DNA of 63,907 bases, counting the filler, from Octopus bimaculoides (taxonomy: Eukaryota): NCBI RefSeq assembly GCF_001194135.2. It is 5 parts of 5 records of this genome, joined end to end, with 100 filler letters (N's around TTAATTAATTAA, not from the genome) between each part and the next. Parts side by side here need not be neighbours in the genome. Positions count along the whole stretch, not along the records: positions 14,362 to 40,713 come from NC_068988.1; positions 40,814 to 55,414 come from NC_068994.1; 3 more parts are not named here. One strand, 5' to 3'. Below are positions 35,287 through 48,608 of the stretch, piece after piece (within the stretch, counting starts at the first letter, position 1; each line of letters opens with the position of its first letter). A model generated the notes under the pieces. The model was not told where the DNA came from and ran no database searches. It saw only the letters and a list, made by a program, of their open reading frames with translations. Position numbers and translations under genes: made by a program.

Positions 35287-36600
35287 ATTCAGTTTTATTT
35301 CAACATTTCTTGCCAATAGAGAAAAAGTATATTTCTAACCCAGGTCCGAGGCTTCTTGAATTTCTTGAAATTTTAAGCGTTTTTTTTTTTGTAGGTATGT
35401 ATGTATATGTGAAGATTTGGATCTTTTATTTGATGTTAGTATATTCATGCATATACTCGCATATCTTAACATGCTCAAATGATAGTCTGGGAAGTTTTAG
35501 AGGTTTTTACAGTCCCAGTGACGGATTGTATCTGTAGTTTTCGAATTAGCTTTCTCCATTCTGCTTTTGGGAAACCTAATTTCTCAAGATTGTTATTTAG
35601 GCAGTGCTACATATCCCAGGGCACCAATAATTACAGGTATAAAACCTGAACGTGAAATCGGGATAGAATAACTGTAGATTTCTCAATTGTTCGGCGTAGG
35701 TATTTTTTTTTCACTGCTCTTCAGCTTTATGTTAGCATCCGCTGGGTAGCTAATTACCACAACTGTGCACAGCTTCTCTTCCCTATCTCAAATCAATATG
35801 TCACATCTGCTGTGCTTATATTTTATTGAGTCTTCACTGGGACATTCCACCAGTACTCCTTTTTATTATGAGTGGCTATGGCTTCTACCATACTGTGGGT
35901 TCTTGTTTCTTTGTCCTCGAGATTATCCTTCTGACGGATTTCGTTATAGAGTGTCCTAACTACAACATCATTGATATTTTCTGTTCCTGGATTGCAAAAG
36001 CATATCCTTCAAAGTGGGAGGTAGTAATCCAGCTATTGGTCCATGATTGACTGCTTTGATGGTCAATCTTACTATCATCTCGTAGCTTTCTTCTAACATG
36101 TCCATGCACAAACTTCTGCTCATATATGTTAATTCATTCATCCGGTGCTACGTTTCGGTAGAGTCGTGCGACTTCATTGGGTATGTTTTGAAGTCTATCA
36201 GACAAGGAAATCTTGGTCAAGGAGCTGCATTCCAAATCTTATGATGTTATCAGCCTCATGCAAACTTAGTCAAGGGATGCACTTCGACACTTAGTGGTTA
36301 AAACATATTGACGAAGGAACATCATGCGAAATTTGAAGGAATTTTGGTTTGATGTTAAATCTCTGCCACCTTGTTTTCGTTTTAGGATGTGGCCATCTAG
36401 TTCACTGCTTATGTGGAAATTATGTGTGCTTGTTAGTATTCTTCGGATTTTCACATCAATGGCTCAGATCTCATCAAGCGTTCAATCAAGCATCCCAAAT
36501 GTTCGTATGAGTTTTGGCACTGCATACACGTTGTGGGCCATTGTATTATTGAATGCAGAGAGTTCAGAAGTCCAATTTTTCTTTATTCAACTGTAATATT
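35287..36600 (-). mobile_element. 5'-truncated R4/Dong-like non-LTR retrotransposon (restriction-like endonuclease type)
   Basis: YAVPKLIRTFGML..IDVKIRRILT..H..LKRKQGGRDL; HGHVRRKL..SHFEGYAFAIQEQ; YWWNVP..KHSRCDILI..ISYPADANI..EK..IPVIIGALG..QIQSVTGTVK; (TATG)n at both ends. Confidence 0.85.
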
Positions 36601-37419
36601 CTTTATTGACACGTTTTGTATGTATGTATGTATATATGTATGTATGTATGTATGTATGTTTGTATGTATATATGTATGTATATATATACATAAATGTGTA
36701 TTTTCATATATATATATATAATATATGAGTATGTGTGTATGTTGTGTGTTATTTTAATGAAGGAGCTAGATATTGATAATGCTTTAAATATTACCATGTA
36801 AATACTGGCTTAGAAAGACCTTCGGTGGCTAAACCTCTTTAGTGTCTCTTGAAGTTTCCAATTTATTATTAAGTGAGCACTATGCACATATATGTTTATA
36901 TATGCATACACACATTCACATACATATATATGCATACATATACAAATGTGTGAATATGAGTAATTCACCTCGTTACTGCAACATAAAGTCTCAATTGCGT
37001 ATATGATATTATTTACTGGTCCTGCTATGCAGTCCACTAAGGAAGTTTTAACATTTATTTACTATATAAGATCTAGGTCAGTATTTCGTACTCATCCTAC
37101 ATGTTTATATTGCAACCATATCATTATGGGGGAGATTACATGTTTCTTTATATATATTTAAGTCAATATTTGATACTTCTAAAACACAGTACATATGACT
37201 GTTTTGGTAGGTGGACAATATTTTTTCTTTCTCTGTCACTCGCGCTATGATCACACAACACACACACACACACGCACACATACACCCACAGACACACACA
37301 CACATATATATATATATAGGGGAGAATTCACAAATGACGAAGACAGGTGGTGTATATTCATATATATAGAACAAAATCATTGCTATGGGTACAAAAAGAC
37401 TTTTCTATAGTTATTAAAG

Positions 37420-38520
37420 AAGCCGTCACTAGGGGATCCATCGTAATAATGAATTAGTCCCATTACAGCAAAATGGTCTCACAACAACTAAATGACCGAC
37501 ACTTCTACAAAAAGTTAGAAACCGATACAGTTAAAAGAATGATTTAATGAAAAGTGGGGTTGGATTATCTCACTAATTTCGAGGAAAAAACAAGTAAGTT
37601 TTATGGGTTTCCGAATATCCACAAAACAGAAGAAATCAATAACAGCTTGAAGGCGCTACATGTACCGAGTATAAAGATTCCCAAACCATATGATCTAAAA
37701 TGACGTCCAATTGTTGCAGTACAGTTATCCAGCACACAACATTTAAGCAACTAGCTTGACATACTCTTGAAGCCTTTGTGGAATTTGGTTCCCAGTTTCC
37801 TCAGAGATTATATGGGTTATTAAACTATATTTCAGAAAGAATAGATAAAATCACAATCCTAGTTAGCTATGACGCAACGAGTCTTCTACACAAAAGGCTC
37901 TCATGAATTAGGATTAGACGTTCTTGAATTCTAGATAAACAAATACCTACAATATAATTCTGAAAAGGTTCCCAAATGAATTTATACTTGAAGGATTACA
38001 GTTAGCACTGGATAACATCCACTTCTTTGAGAATCAATTATGTCTACAAATATAAGGCAAAACAATGGGCACAAAAGTTGCAGAAACGTTTTACGACACT
38101 AGTAATGGGGTAGCTGAAAGTAAAATGTCTATATCCTGTTCAGATATGCTTTTAATCATCATTTCCAAACATTGAGCAGACAACAAACAAAACATTGAAG
38201 AGTGAGAAGCAAGTCAACGGGAAAGTACATATGAATTACAAAGGAAAACAATTCATCTAGACGATTATATGTCCACAATTTAATGAGAATGTCATTGATG
38301 AAACAGGGACAAAACTAACCAGTCGCGTAGGCTTGCATAAAAACAAATGAAACATTTGTGTATTGAAAATGCCCATGTAGTAACCATCTAGGCCTTTGGG
38401 CAAATGCAAAAATTTAAACTCTCCCTATTTTACAATATAAAAGATTAAAATGACCAAATACAACAGGCCACACAAGAATACTTTATACGAATTCTAAATT
38501 TGAAACTAAACCGGAATTAC
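37420..38520 (+). mobile_element. Penelope-like element: RT domain plus GIY-YIG remnant, internally deleted
   Basis: KFYGFPNIHK..DLK*RPIV..LDILLKP..SYDATSL..KRFPNEFI..G.TMGTKVA; then IICPQFNENVIDETGTKLTSRVGLHK..QEYFIRILNLKLN. Confidence 0.85.
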
Positions 38521-39149
38521 TCAACATTAAAATAAGCAACTATTTAAGATATTTCAATTTTAGAAATTATATAATTAAAAATATCAACAACGAAATACAA
38601 AAGAAGGATAATATACAAACATTCTAACTCCAAAACTAATCCGGGAAAAGTTGAAACAATTACAAAAACAGACAACTTCCACTTTATGCATTAGCCCACC
38701 TCACGGGTGTTTGAAGAGTGGAAAACGAAAGCTCTAACCCCAAAATACACACTATATATGAACTTCTTCAAGAAATGGTAGTATCATTCTATTGAATAAA
38801 AGAAATGGTTTGAAAAAGGTAACTTTAAACATATTTTTTATAATTATTGTGACAGTATCAAGTAATTTTTAGGAAACATTTTAAATATATATANNNNNNN
38901 NNNNNNNNNNNNNNNNNNNNNNNNNNNNNNNNNNNNNNNNNNNNNNNNNNNNNNNNNNNNNNNNNNNNNNNNNNNNNNNNNNNNNNNNNNNNNNNNNNNN
39001 NNNNNNNNNNNNNNNNNNNNNNNNNCTAGAATTAGATCACATCTTGTGTCTACTAAGACCTAAATTGTTCTCCAAAGGAAATTCAGCGGAATACCAAATC
39101 GTAAACGGGCAAGACATTTAAAATTACCGAAAAAAAATCATTATTAAAG

Positions 39150-39205
39150 CAGTAACTAGTTTCGAAATTACCACTCTTACCGAATGTCTGTTTCTCTTCA
39201 GCCTG
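39150..39205 (-). ncRNA. Type I hammerhead ribozyme motif
   Basis: Minus: CAGG-CTGAAGA-GAAA(23 nt)TTTC-GAAA-CTAGT-TA-CTG; core intact, G10.1-C11.1 pair, palindrome AACTAGTT; weak stem I. Confidence 0.5.
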
Positions 39206-39409
39206 ATCCGTAATATAACCATAATTTTCAGAACCTCATACAAAGCTGCCCACCGTCATAGGTGAACGTGTATGTGGTTCTGCTAATTACAGCTTAATGG
39301 TAAAATTCAAAAGTCTTCGTTTTGGCGCGCTAATTCCGGTAATATGTCTGCAGAAAAAAATATTTACTGCGTCGCATATATCCAGATCCAGTTTGAGAAC
39401 TTGCTTATG

Positions 39410-39858
39410 GTTAATTCAATTAAAAACATAGGGTAAAAAATCATATATTAATTAATATTGATTTATTACCAGGGAGCTAGCACATTTAAAGAATCAAAGA
39501 GATTCAGAAACAATATCTGCGATTTCAGGGGATTAAAGTATATTTTTATATATAATGTTGACCACTCACATAGACATTTAATGTGCTAGAAATAGATCAC
39601 ATCTTGTGTCTACTAAGACCTAAATTGTTCGTTTGGAGAAGAATTTAGGTCTCAGTAGACACAAGATGTGATCTATTTCTAGCACATTAAAAGTCCATGT
39701 GAGTGGTCAACATTATATATAACAATATACTTTAATCCCCTGAGATCGCAGATATTGTTTCTGAATCTCTTTGATTCTTTAAATGTGCTAGCTTCCTGGT
39801 AATAAATCAATATCAATTAATATATGATTTTTTACCCTATGTTTTTAATTGAATTAAC
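39410..39858. repeat. Long near-perfect palindrome (~220-bp arms)
   Basis: GTTAATTCAATTAAAAACATAGGGTAAAAAATC...AAGACCTAAATT | AATTTAGGTCTC...TTTTTACCCTATGTTTTTAATTGAATTAAC with few mismatches. Confidence 0.95.
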
Positions 39859-40104
39859 TATATATACATATATATATATGAATGAGAAAACAGAAAATTG
39901 AACAAGTACGTAATAGGTGACATCAAAACATCTGTAAAGTTAGAGGATACAGCAAAGGAGAGGAAAAAGCGAGGTCGGGTCATTCAGAGCTTTCTATGCT
40001 CAGCCGAGTTTCAGATTAACGCAGCGGTTTCCAAACTGCTCCAATCTGGCCCGGACCAAGAAAGTCTAAGCTAGATTCCTTGGAACAAAGACGACCAATT
40101 CGAG

Positions 40105-40579
40105 AATTCTGTTTATTTATATATATTTTTGGGACAATACTGTGCTGATGAATGAAATCTAGATTCATTCTAGTAATCGCGTTATTATTTGTCTGTAATA
40201 ATGCCCTTTATATAAATATAAACGAATAATTATATTCTTGGGAATAGAAATTTTCCTTATGAATGTTTTTACACACTGGCCTCTTGATAAAATTCTTGTA
40301 AAAGAGTTTTATCCATTTTTGAATTTATTTATCAAATATATACACGGAATATATTCAATGTTGAATCTTTATTCCTGTCTCCACATGGGTACCCAGAAGC
40401 AACCCGGAAGTATTCCCGCTTCTTTGATGAAGATATATACAGATAAACTTCATTCCCTTTACTCTGTCGGATACGTAGTGTGTTCGTCTTTGGTGAGGTG
40501 AAAATTCTGTTTATTTATATATATTTTTGGGACAACACTGTGCTGAAGAACGAAATCTAGATTCATTCTAGTAATCGCG
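40105..40579 (+). repeat. 77-bp direct repeat (40105-40181, 40503-40579) with a collapsed hammerhead-like core
   Basis: ..GTG-CTGA(T/A)GA-A(T/C)-GAAA-TCTAGA-TT-CAT; stem II reduced to 2 nt. Confidence 0.7.
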
Positions 40580-41453
40580 AAATCGGTCGATACACAGTTA
40601 CGTTTATTTAAAAGAAAGTTGGTCGTCTTCTGTTGGTTGTTTTTCCTCGCATTAGGTACTAAATGTGGTCATTTTGAGAAGTCCACTGTGTGGCGTTATT
40701 ATTTTTCTGTAATNNNNNNNNNNNNNNNNNNNNNNNNNNNNNNNNNNNNNNNNNNNNTTAATTAATTAANNNNNNNNNNNNNNNNNNNNNNNNNNNNNNN
40801 NNNNNNNNNNNNNACATATATATACATTTTGCTCACCTCGTAAGTATATATATGTGGGTAATATAAAATAATATAAATGAGTAACAAAGATGCAATGGAT
40901 TGACACTTATACATCTTTGGTGCTCGTATATATTTTACTCACCTACCCTGGAATCTGCACTTCCGAGGTACTTTGGAAAGTATCTATATATAAAGAACAT
41001 GTCTGAAGAAACAAGGGTCGTGCTTTCTGCATATACTACAAAAATATTAGGGAAAATATTCTGTGTAGAGTTGGATACTCGTCTGGTATTGTTTATGTGT
41101 GCAAAATAGTTTGTCCTAACAAGGTGCCTCAATTTAAGTTCCCAATTCAACTAAATCTTAATTACACTTTATGTGTGTGTTTTTTCTAATTTGTTTTTAT
41201 TAAGACAAGGAACTGAATTTCCTTCACTAGTTTTCGCATTGGTACTGAAACTGATTTCTTGTGGCTACGAAGCAAATATGTTGGTTGCATGCTTTCTACA
41301 TTTGGAAATAAAACTACTTCTTCTTAATCATTTTTCCTTCTCAAAGAAGAGACAATATTGCAATTAAAATTTATATTAGAATTAATTACTATAGAAGAAT
41401 TTGTTACGTTCCTTGTTTACTTAATTAAAGAATTAACTAATATTTACTCACAG

Positions 41454-41498
41454 CAGACAAATAAGTTTCTGGACTTTCTTTATCGTCAGTTTAGATTT
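41454..41498 (+). CDS. Candidate 45-nt symmetric exon (QTNKFLDFLYRQFRF), unidentified
   Basis: CTAAT branch-like motif, TTTACTCACAG|CAG (NAGNAG) acceptor, consensus donor |GTGAGT, open phase 0-0. Confidence 0.35.
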
Positions 41499-42472
41499 GT
41501 GAGTTTGTTTTACTCAATTGACAAATAGATGTGATTTAATTTTATTAAATCATTTGTTTATTTTCTCTTAAACGAACAGCTGTGACATACAAAATATTAC
41601 ATTTTGGTAGCTTCAGTTTTCGTCATTATTAATACATTAATTCTTAATTACTCTGGATGGTTTATAGAATTTTTAGAAGCAGTCGACAACAGAGAGGAAA
41701 TTAGTATTGCTCTACCACGATCGGCCGGAGGCAAGTCTTTACAAACGTATGTTTTGAATGCAAACATGTTATCGCAAGGCTAAAATAAACACACAGCAGT
41801 ATTTTGGCATTTAGTTATAGTAGTGGACACGTTACACAAGTTTCACTCAGTAAACTCTAAGCTATTTTGTAGGAAGAAGAGTATAAATACACACGTGTGC
41901 CCGCGCGCGCGAACTCTTTAATCTTTTGTTTGTTTCACTCAATTGGACTACGGTCATTCTGGTGCTGCAATCGAACGAAATAAAAAAAAAACCCAGTAAT
42001 TCTTAAAAAAAAATTTTTTAAACTGTATAAACTTATTCTATCGGTTGTATATGCCGAACTGCTAAGTTGCGGGGGATATAAATAAGCCAGCACCAGTTGT
42101 GAAGCCGTGGAGGGCACAAACACAAAAATACGCGAGCGCGGTAATACACTCACACGCAGAATCACAGACACACACACACACACACACACACACACANNNN
42201 NNNNNNNNNNNNNNNNNNNNNNNNNNNNNNNNNNNNNNNNNNNNNNNNNNNNNNNNNNNNNNNNNNNNNNNNNNNNNNNNNNNNNNNNNNNNNNNNNNNN
42301 NNNNNNNNNNNNNNNNNNNNNNNNNNNNNNNNNNNNNNNNNNNNNNNNNNNNNNNNNNNNNNNNNNNNNNNNNNNNNNNNNNNNNNNNNNNNNNNNNNNN
42401 NNNNNNNNNNNNNNNNNNNNNNNNNNNNNNNNNNNNNNNNNNNNNNNNNNNNNNNNNNNNNNNNNNNNNNNN

Positions 42473-42555
42473 GGCATGTATCTTCTACTAGAGCCTCGGG
42501 CCGACCAAAGCCTTTTGAATTGATTTGGTTGACAGAAACTAAAAGAAGCCACTCG

Positions 42556-42587
<32 letters not shown>

Positions 42588-42892
42588 CGTGTGCGTGTGT
42601 GTGTGTGTGTGCATGTGCGTGTGTGTGTGCGTGCGTGTGTGTATGTGTGCGTATGTGTGTGCGCGCGCGTGTATGTGTGTGTGTTAAGTTTGCGTGTCTA
42701 TGTTTGTCCACCACCATTTCTTGACAACCGATGCTGGTGTGTTTACGTACTCGTAACTTAGAATTTCGGCACAAGAACCGATAGAATAAGTACAAGGCTT
42801 ACAAAGAATAAGTCCTAGGGTCGATTTGCTCGACTAAAGGACAGTGCTCTAGCATGGCCGTAGCTAAATGACTGAAACCAATTAAATAATTA
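42473..42892 (+). mobile_element. SINE family 1 (5' end in gap); a separate minus-strand tail fragment lies at 42030-42150
   Basis: Body, degenerate (TG)n and tail homology. Confidence 0.85.
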
Positions 42893-42937
42893 AATAATAA
42901 AATATATATATCTATATACATTACATACACATATATA

Positions 42938-42996
<59 letters not shown>

Positions 42997-43053
42997 CATA
43001 CATATATGTATATGTATGTATGTATGTCTGTATGCTACATTGACTTTTTTCAG

Positions 43054-43085
43054 ATAACGCTCTTCTTTTTTATCAGAGTTATTAT
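43054..43085 (+). CDS. Candidate 32-nt exon (xNALLFYQSYY or ITLFFFIRVI)
   Basis: TTGAC branch-like motif, TTTTTTCAG| acceptor, |GTATGT donor. Confidence 0.2.
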
Positions 43086-43689
43086 GTATGTAAACAACAA
43101 TAGTCGATAACAGTTGAAATTGGCGCCGAGTCGCACGCGACACATTGGTTAATGCAAATTACATGAGATTCCCATGAATATTAAGTTATCAGTCTAAAAT
43201 AAATAGAGAGTGGGAAGATAAGTGAAACACAATTGGAGTTGAGAATTGAAATTACTAATAGGAAGTAAATAAGTCGATAATTTAATTGTTAATAAATAGT
43301 TTTAATTGAAATTAAATTACAGTTAAAATGATTAAAACACAGCACTAAGAAACAAATAACAAAACACGTCTACAGGACGAAATCACTCTTTTCATATGTC
43401 GCGAAAGAATGTAACGGCGGAGTAATTGAAAGTGAACTGTTAGTACGACAGATAAATAGAAATAGTATATATAAAGGGAGGTAATTAAAATTTTGCAGTT
43501 GTTAAAATTGAGCACTTGAACACTACTGAAAAATCGCGTTTGACTGAAATAAAGAAGAGTATATGTTTCAAAGATGAGTTAGTCAAATTACAGAGTATAG
43601 GCTAAAACTTCAATGACTCGTTGCAGTTAGTTTTTCATTTCAAAAAAAGATATATTTATCTAAGGGATTAATAGCAATATCGATTTCAA

Positions 43690-43905
43690 CTTTTGGCACA
43701 AGGCCCACCAAATTCAGGGAGGTGGAGGTTAATTTGATTATACTTCCCACCTCCAACCCCGGTGTTCGATTTGGTATTTATTTTATCGATCCCGAGAGAA
43801 TTGCAGGCAAATTCGGCCCTGGCAGAATTTGAACACAACGCAAAGACCGTGAAATTGCGTTAAGCATTTTGTCTTGCGTGCCAACATTTCGGCCAGATTT
43901 GCTGG
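43690..43905 (-). mobile_element. SINE family 2, degenerate
   Basis: GGCACAAGGCC..GGTATTTATTTTATCGATCCCG..GGCAAATTCGGCC..GAATTTGAAC. Confidence 0.7.
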
Positions 43906-44559
43906 TTTAGCACTCAGTGACAATATCAATGGTGGCTATATTCAAAGTTGAATGAAAATTGCTTCATCCAACTGTGTGAAGATACGTTACTTTATTTTGA
44001 TCACGTACAACGTTCTCAAATGATGAAGATTTAGTAAATAAACATTTGAGTGCGTGTATTACATGAGCATGGCCTTCAATCGCATATACAACCTCTGAAT
44101 ATAATTAGGTTGTCAATTAACAACACATGTTATTAAGTGAGACATAAGAAGGCATAATAATACTTGTTGATATATTTCAACCGGAATTAAATTATCATAT
44201 GAACTGTGAAAAGCGAGAATCGAAACGATAGCTTCCATATTAACTCTTAATTCGTTCCTACAGCTTTCAACGTGAATATGCAAATCTCTGCCGTGTTTCG
44301 TCGTAGGAGAAAACACGCTTCCAGGCGATTGTTGATAATACACTCGATTTATCAGAGGACGTGAGTTTTGTGTCATGAAAACACATTGGTCTGAATGGAG
44401 GAATTGTTCTATGACAAAACACAACAAAGATTAGCATATTCGCATTAGAATCTTCTGGAACGTATGAAGAATAAATATGCAAGTCACCGTTTGGATTCTT
44501 GTTATTCATTGTGCACATGGAAATTTATCATATGTTGGCAAATATTAGTAGCCATGGGC

Positions 44560-44780
44560 AAATAATTTGTTTGCCGAAGTTATAAACCAGGAACAAGAAC
44601 TCTCGTGAGCTTCTGTCTCAGCGTCTCATAGCGGTAACAAATCGGACATATTAGAAATACGTCCCGAAGGATAACTATTGAAGAACTTCGGTTTCAGCAA
44701 CAGTTAGCTCACATGGCAATTCAGAAAAGACATTTGTGATTTTCATTGTCGCAAAGTCTGAAGACGAGATGTATTTATTT
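44560..44780 (+). mobile_element. Possible mariner transposase HTH remnant
   Basis: RRITIEELR..LAH resembles the DRRITIxE mariner motif; heavily decayed. Confidence 0.3.
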
Positions 44781-45879
44781 TATTGTCTGAAACAACAAAC
44801 AGCTATTGTGGGGAGACTTTGCATTTAAGAAATTTTAAACTATGATATCAACCAGTGGCACATAGAGCTTGTTGTATTGGGTGCACTTCCACACACAATG
44901 CCACCAAATTTCAAGCAGGAGCACAACAAATGTTTTCAATTAAGATTTGTTATTAAGTTAATAAGTTTAATATTTATAACGAATATTCCATTTTCTATGG
45001 GTATGCAGCGCTCACCAAGCACACCGGAATATATGCCCCACCACTCCACCTGATATCAATCTTCTAATTAATCTGTTCGATTTTATCATTCTCTGTTCAC
45101 TGAAGAGCTAGCTACTCTTTCGTATCAGGGACGTAATTCAATCTATGAATATCATAAATTATTTCTGTTCGACATTTCAATATACATTGGTGCATACATA
45201 GAGATATAAATATTTAGAAATTGAAATATTTAAATCAAATTACCCTAAATTACCAAATCATACAATAAAGATTAAAATTAAATTCTTCTATTAATTTTAT
45301 CTTTTTTTAAACAATGTTGCTCTGCTATCATTTTTCTATATTGATTTCTCCAGCTAGATGATTAAATGTCGATAAGTGCTATATAAATGCACCTATAACT
45401 TATTTCAAATACACACAAAAATAACCTTATTCTACATCATTTTATTTCGGTGCATTTCTACAAGAAATACAAAACAATGATTTAATAAAAGTATCCAGCT
45501 GATATTCTTTATCAAATTATAAATAGAAAACAATTTTCTTAGTAAATTGTGACGAGTTGATTGTAACAATGGGAATTAATGTATTCATATAAGAAATAAT
45601 AGATAAACACTTTACAATACATTTCCTGATAGGGTTACATTTCTAGAATTCAGCTTATAAAATAACACGTGATATAAAGATTTCGATTGTATGACGCAAC
45701 AACACAATACGCACCTCAACGCAGAGACACAAATATACGTACACATATAAACTTATTCTTACATATCTTTCCTTATGGCAGTAAATTTGACTTACAGTTG
45801 TTTCCAGTAGTAATTACAGACGCGTTATTGACAAGTTTACTCAATAGGCCCATTCATCGGTTGAGTAAAATTGAAAGAC

Positions 45880-46300
45880 CGACAAAATGAATGCTATTTT
45901 CGTGAGAGTGAGTGTCATTTTTTTTTGTTATCCCAAACATGAACAATGATGCTCCCGGCGTTCATTGTGTGCTTTCGGTCCTTAAACACATTCACCCAAA
46001 TGATTCAGCCTCTTTTTTTATCCACTTAACACTACCTATATTTGGTAGCACTACGCTTAACAGGGCTTACACCTTCTATAAAGTGTAATTCCTATAAAGT
46101 ATTATCTGCTACTTCAATATGGCCGTCGTTCTATTGGACCTTGTCGTGACTAGCATATTGCATGATCTGCAAAAGAACTGACCTTCAAATCTTTTGTATC
46201 CCACCTGAAGGGCATAACTCCTCGCTTACCGTCTATCACTTCGACATAACCCCACCAACTCAGCACATTTTCATAGTTAGAATGAGTGAGGCTTATATCT
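45880..46300 (-). mobile_element. Second, highly decayed piggyBac transposase fragment
   Basis: QIILYRNYT..IGSVK..MNAGSIIVHVWDNKK follows the order FDNxFT..GTVR..RG..WxDNK. Confidence 0.4.
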
Positions 46301-47136
46301 AAGGTTGAAGACGATACGCTGACTGGACTCTGTAATGTCCAGGAGTTTCTAGGTATTCAGATTCTCTGCATTCCACTGCAATGGGATCACGTCTTGATCG
46401 CTAGTCATTGTTTCGCTATAACTTCAGCATCGCAGCATACTTACGTAACAAGAATATCTGAGAGTATATGTTTAATTCTGAATTAAACCTACCATGCTGC
46501 AATCACCTTACACACACGTCATATACTGGGAAATTTTCTTAACAAAATTCATATCAACCACTTCATCAAAATCCATTATATTGTAAGATGTTTATAGTGT
46601 TATGAAACTGTTAATTTGAACCAATTGATTCAAACTGTTTCCTGGGAATTTCTGACTCTGAAGAACTACAGATTATCCATGATGCTTACTACCTTTATTT
46701 AAATCCATCTTTCATTTAGAATGTTTGATGGCATCAGGTGAATGGAATTATTGATAAGATAAATTCGGTTAAAGGATATGAAGCTAAATGTGTGAAACAT
46801 CAATTCTAAATATAAACTGTAATTGTTTATGAAATAACGTGTTTTAACTCTTGATACGATTCAGCTATTACTGCATTGGTTGGTTTATAAAGTAACGCTA
46901 CATTTAAGAATGAACAAACAAAAAAGATTCTTCATGTGGAAATTAATTTGCTAAAATATGATTCATATCGAAAAATAAAAGTTCTAAACTTAGTGTTTCA
47001 AGCTAATAGAGAAACAACCACGCGGAGGATCGACCAGCTAGAATTTACAGCCAAAACAAAAGTATAGCTTTCTAAATATGTATATTTATATATACATAAA
47101 CATGCATATGTACTAAGATACATATATATGTGTGTA

Positions 47137-47170
<34 letters not shown>

Positions 47171-48236
47171 CATATATACACACATATATATATACATATA
47201 TTATATATATATATATATATATANNNNNNNNNNNNNNNNNNNNNNNNNNNNNNNNNNNNNNNNNNNNNNNNNNNNNNNNNNNNNNNNNNNNNNNNNNNNN
47301 NNNNNNNNNNNNNNNNNNNNNNNNNNNNNNNNNNNNNNNNNNNNNNNNNNNNNNNNNNNNNNNNNNNNNNNNNNNNNNNNNNNNNNNNNNNNNNNNNNNN
47401 NNNNNNNNNNNNNNNNNNNNNNNNNNNNNNNNNNNNNNNNNNNNNNNNNNNNNNNNNNNNNNNNNNNNNNNNNNNNNNNNNNNNNNNNNNNNNNNNNNNN
47501 NNNNNNNNNNNNNNNNNNNNNNNNNNNNNNNNNNNNNNNNNNNNNNNNNNNNNNNNNNNNNNNNNNNNNNNNNNNNNNNNNNNNNNNNNNNNNNNNNNNN
47601 NNNNNNNNNNNNNNNNNNNNNNNNNNNNNNNNNNNNNNNNNNNNNNNNNNNNNNATTTATACATTCCTGCACTCACACACCTTCGAGTGTATGTATTTAT
47701 GTATACATACACACACTCACACACACCTACTCTCTCGCGCACACCGACACACACCGACGAGGGAGTTATGGAAACTTCGACCAAACAACAAACGCTGCTT
47801 GTGGTATTTGAACTAAACTTTATTACATCCCTACACGCCTCCGCTCTACATAAATATATAATACAATACAAAGGCAAAGTTCAATTACTGAAACGAGAAA
47901 ATGACTGACAGAACAACACAGGGGAGATAACAGAGATGTGAAAACCAATGGGAGAACGGTAATCAAATTTGGCATCCGATGTTCAATCAAAAACATATTA
48001 ACTCTTCCGATACACATTATTGTTTAGTGATTGCGTAGAGGCCTTTTTTATTCTGCGCATGCTCCATCTTGAATGGAAGTTCAGAAGATTATATGACACG
48101 GTAAGTATACTGTCAAACATTTTGATGTAGAAAAGTAATATTTAGAAAAATAAAAAGTGGATGGGACAATCGTGGCGTAAATTCGTTTGATAATAAAAAC
48201 ATTAGTACATTTAAAAGTGCAACGCTTATCAGTACA

Positions 48237-48239
<3 letters not shown>

Positions 48240-48300
<61 letters not shown>

Positions 48301-48608
48301 GACATCATACTACATCAATTGCTGCCTTTATTAGTTCTAATACTGCCACAAATAATGTTGATAATGTTAATATTGCAATTACTTGTAAGACAAACACTAC
48401 CACTTAATACTGACGTCACTACTACAACTGCTAGCGATACTACTACTACTTCTACTTCTGCTACTATTATTACTACCACTGCTGCTGCTGCTAATAATAC
48501 TACTGCTATTAGAGATAAAGATAGTACAGGTACCACTACTATTATTACAACCACGACAGCTATTACTGCTACTGCTACTACTACTAGTACAACCATAAAT
48601 ACAACAGT
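48240..48608. repeat. (CTA)n and degenerate ACT/CTG trinucleotide low-complexity tract
   Basis: Directly visible; runs into a gap. Confidence 0.9.
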
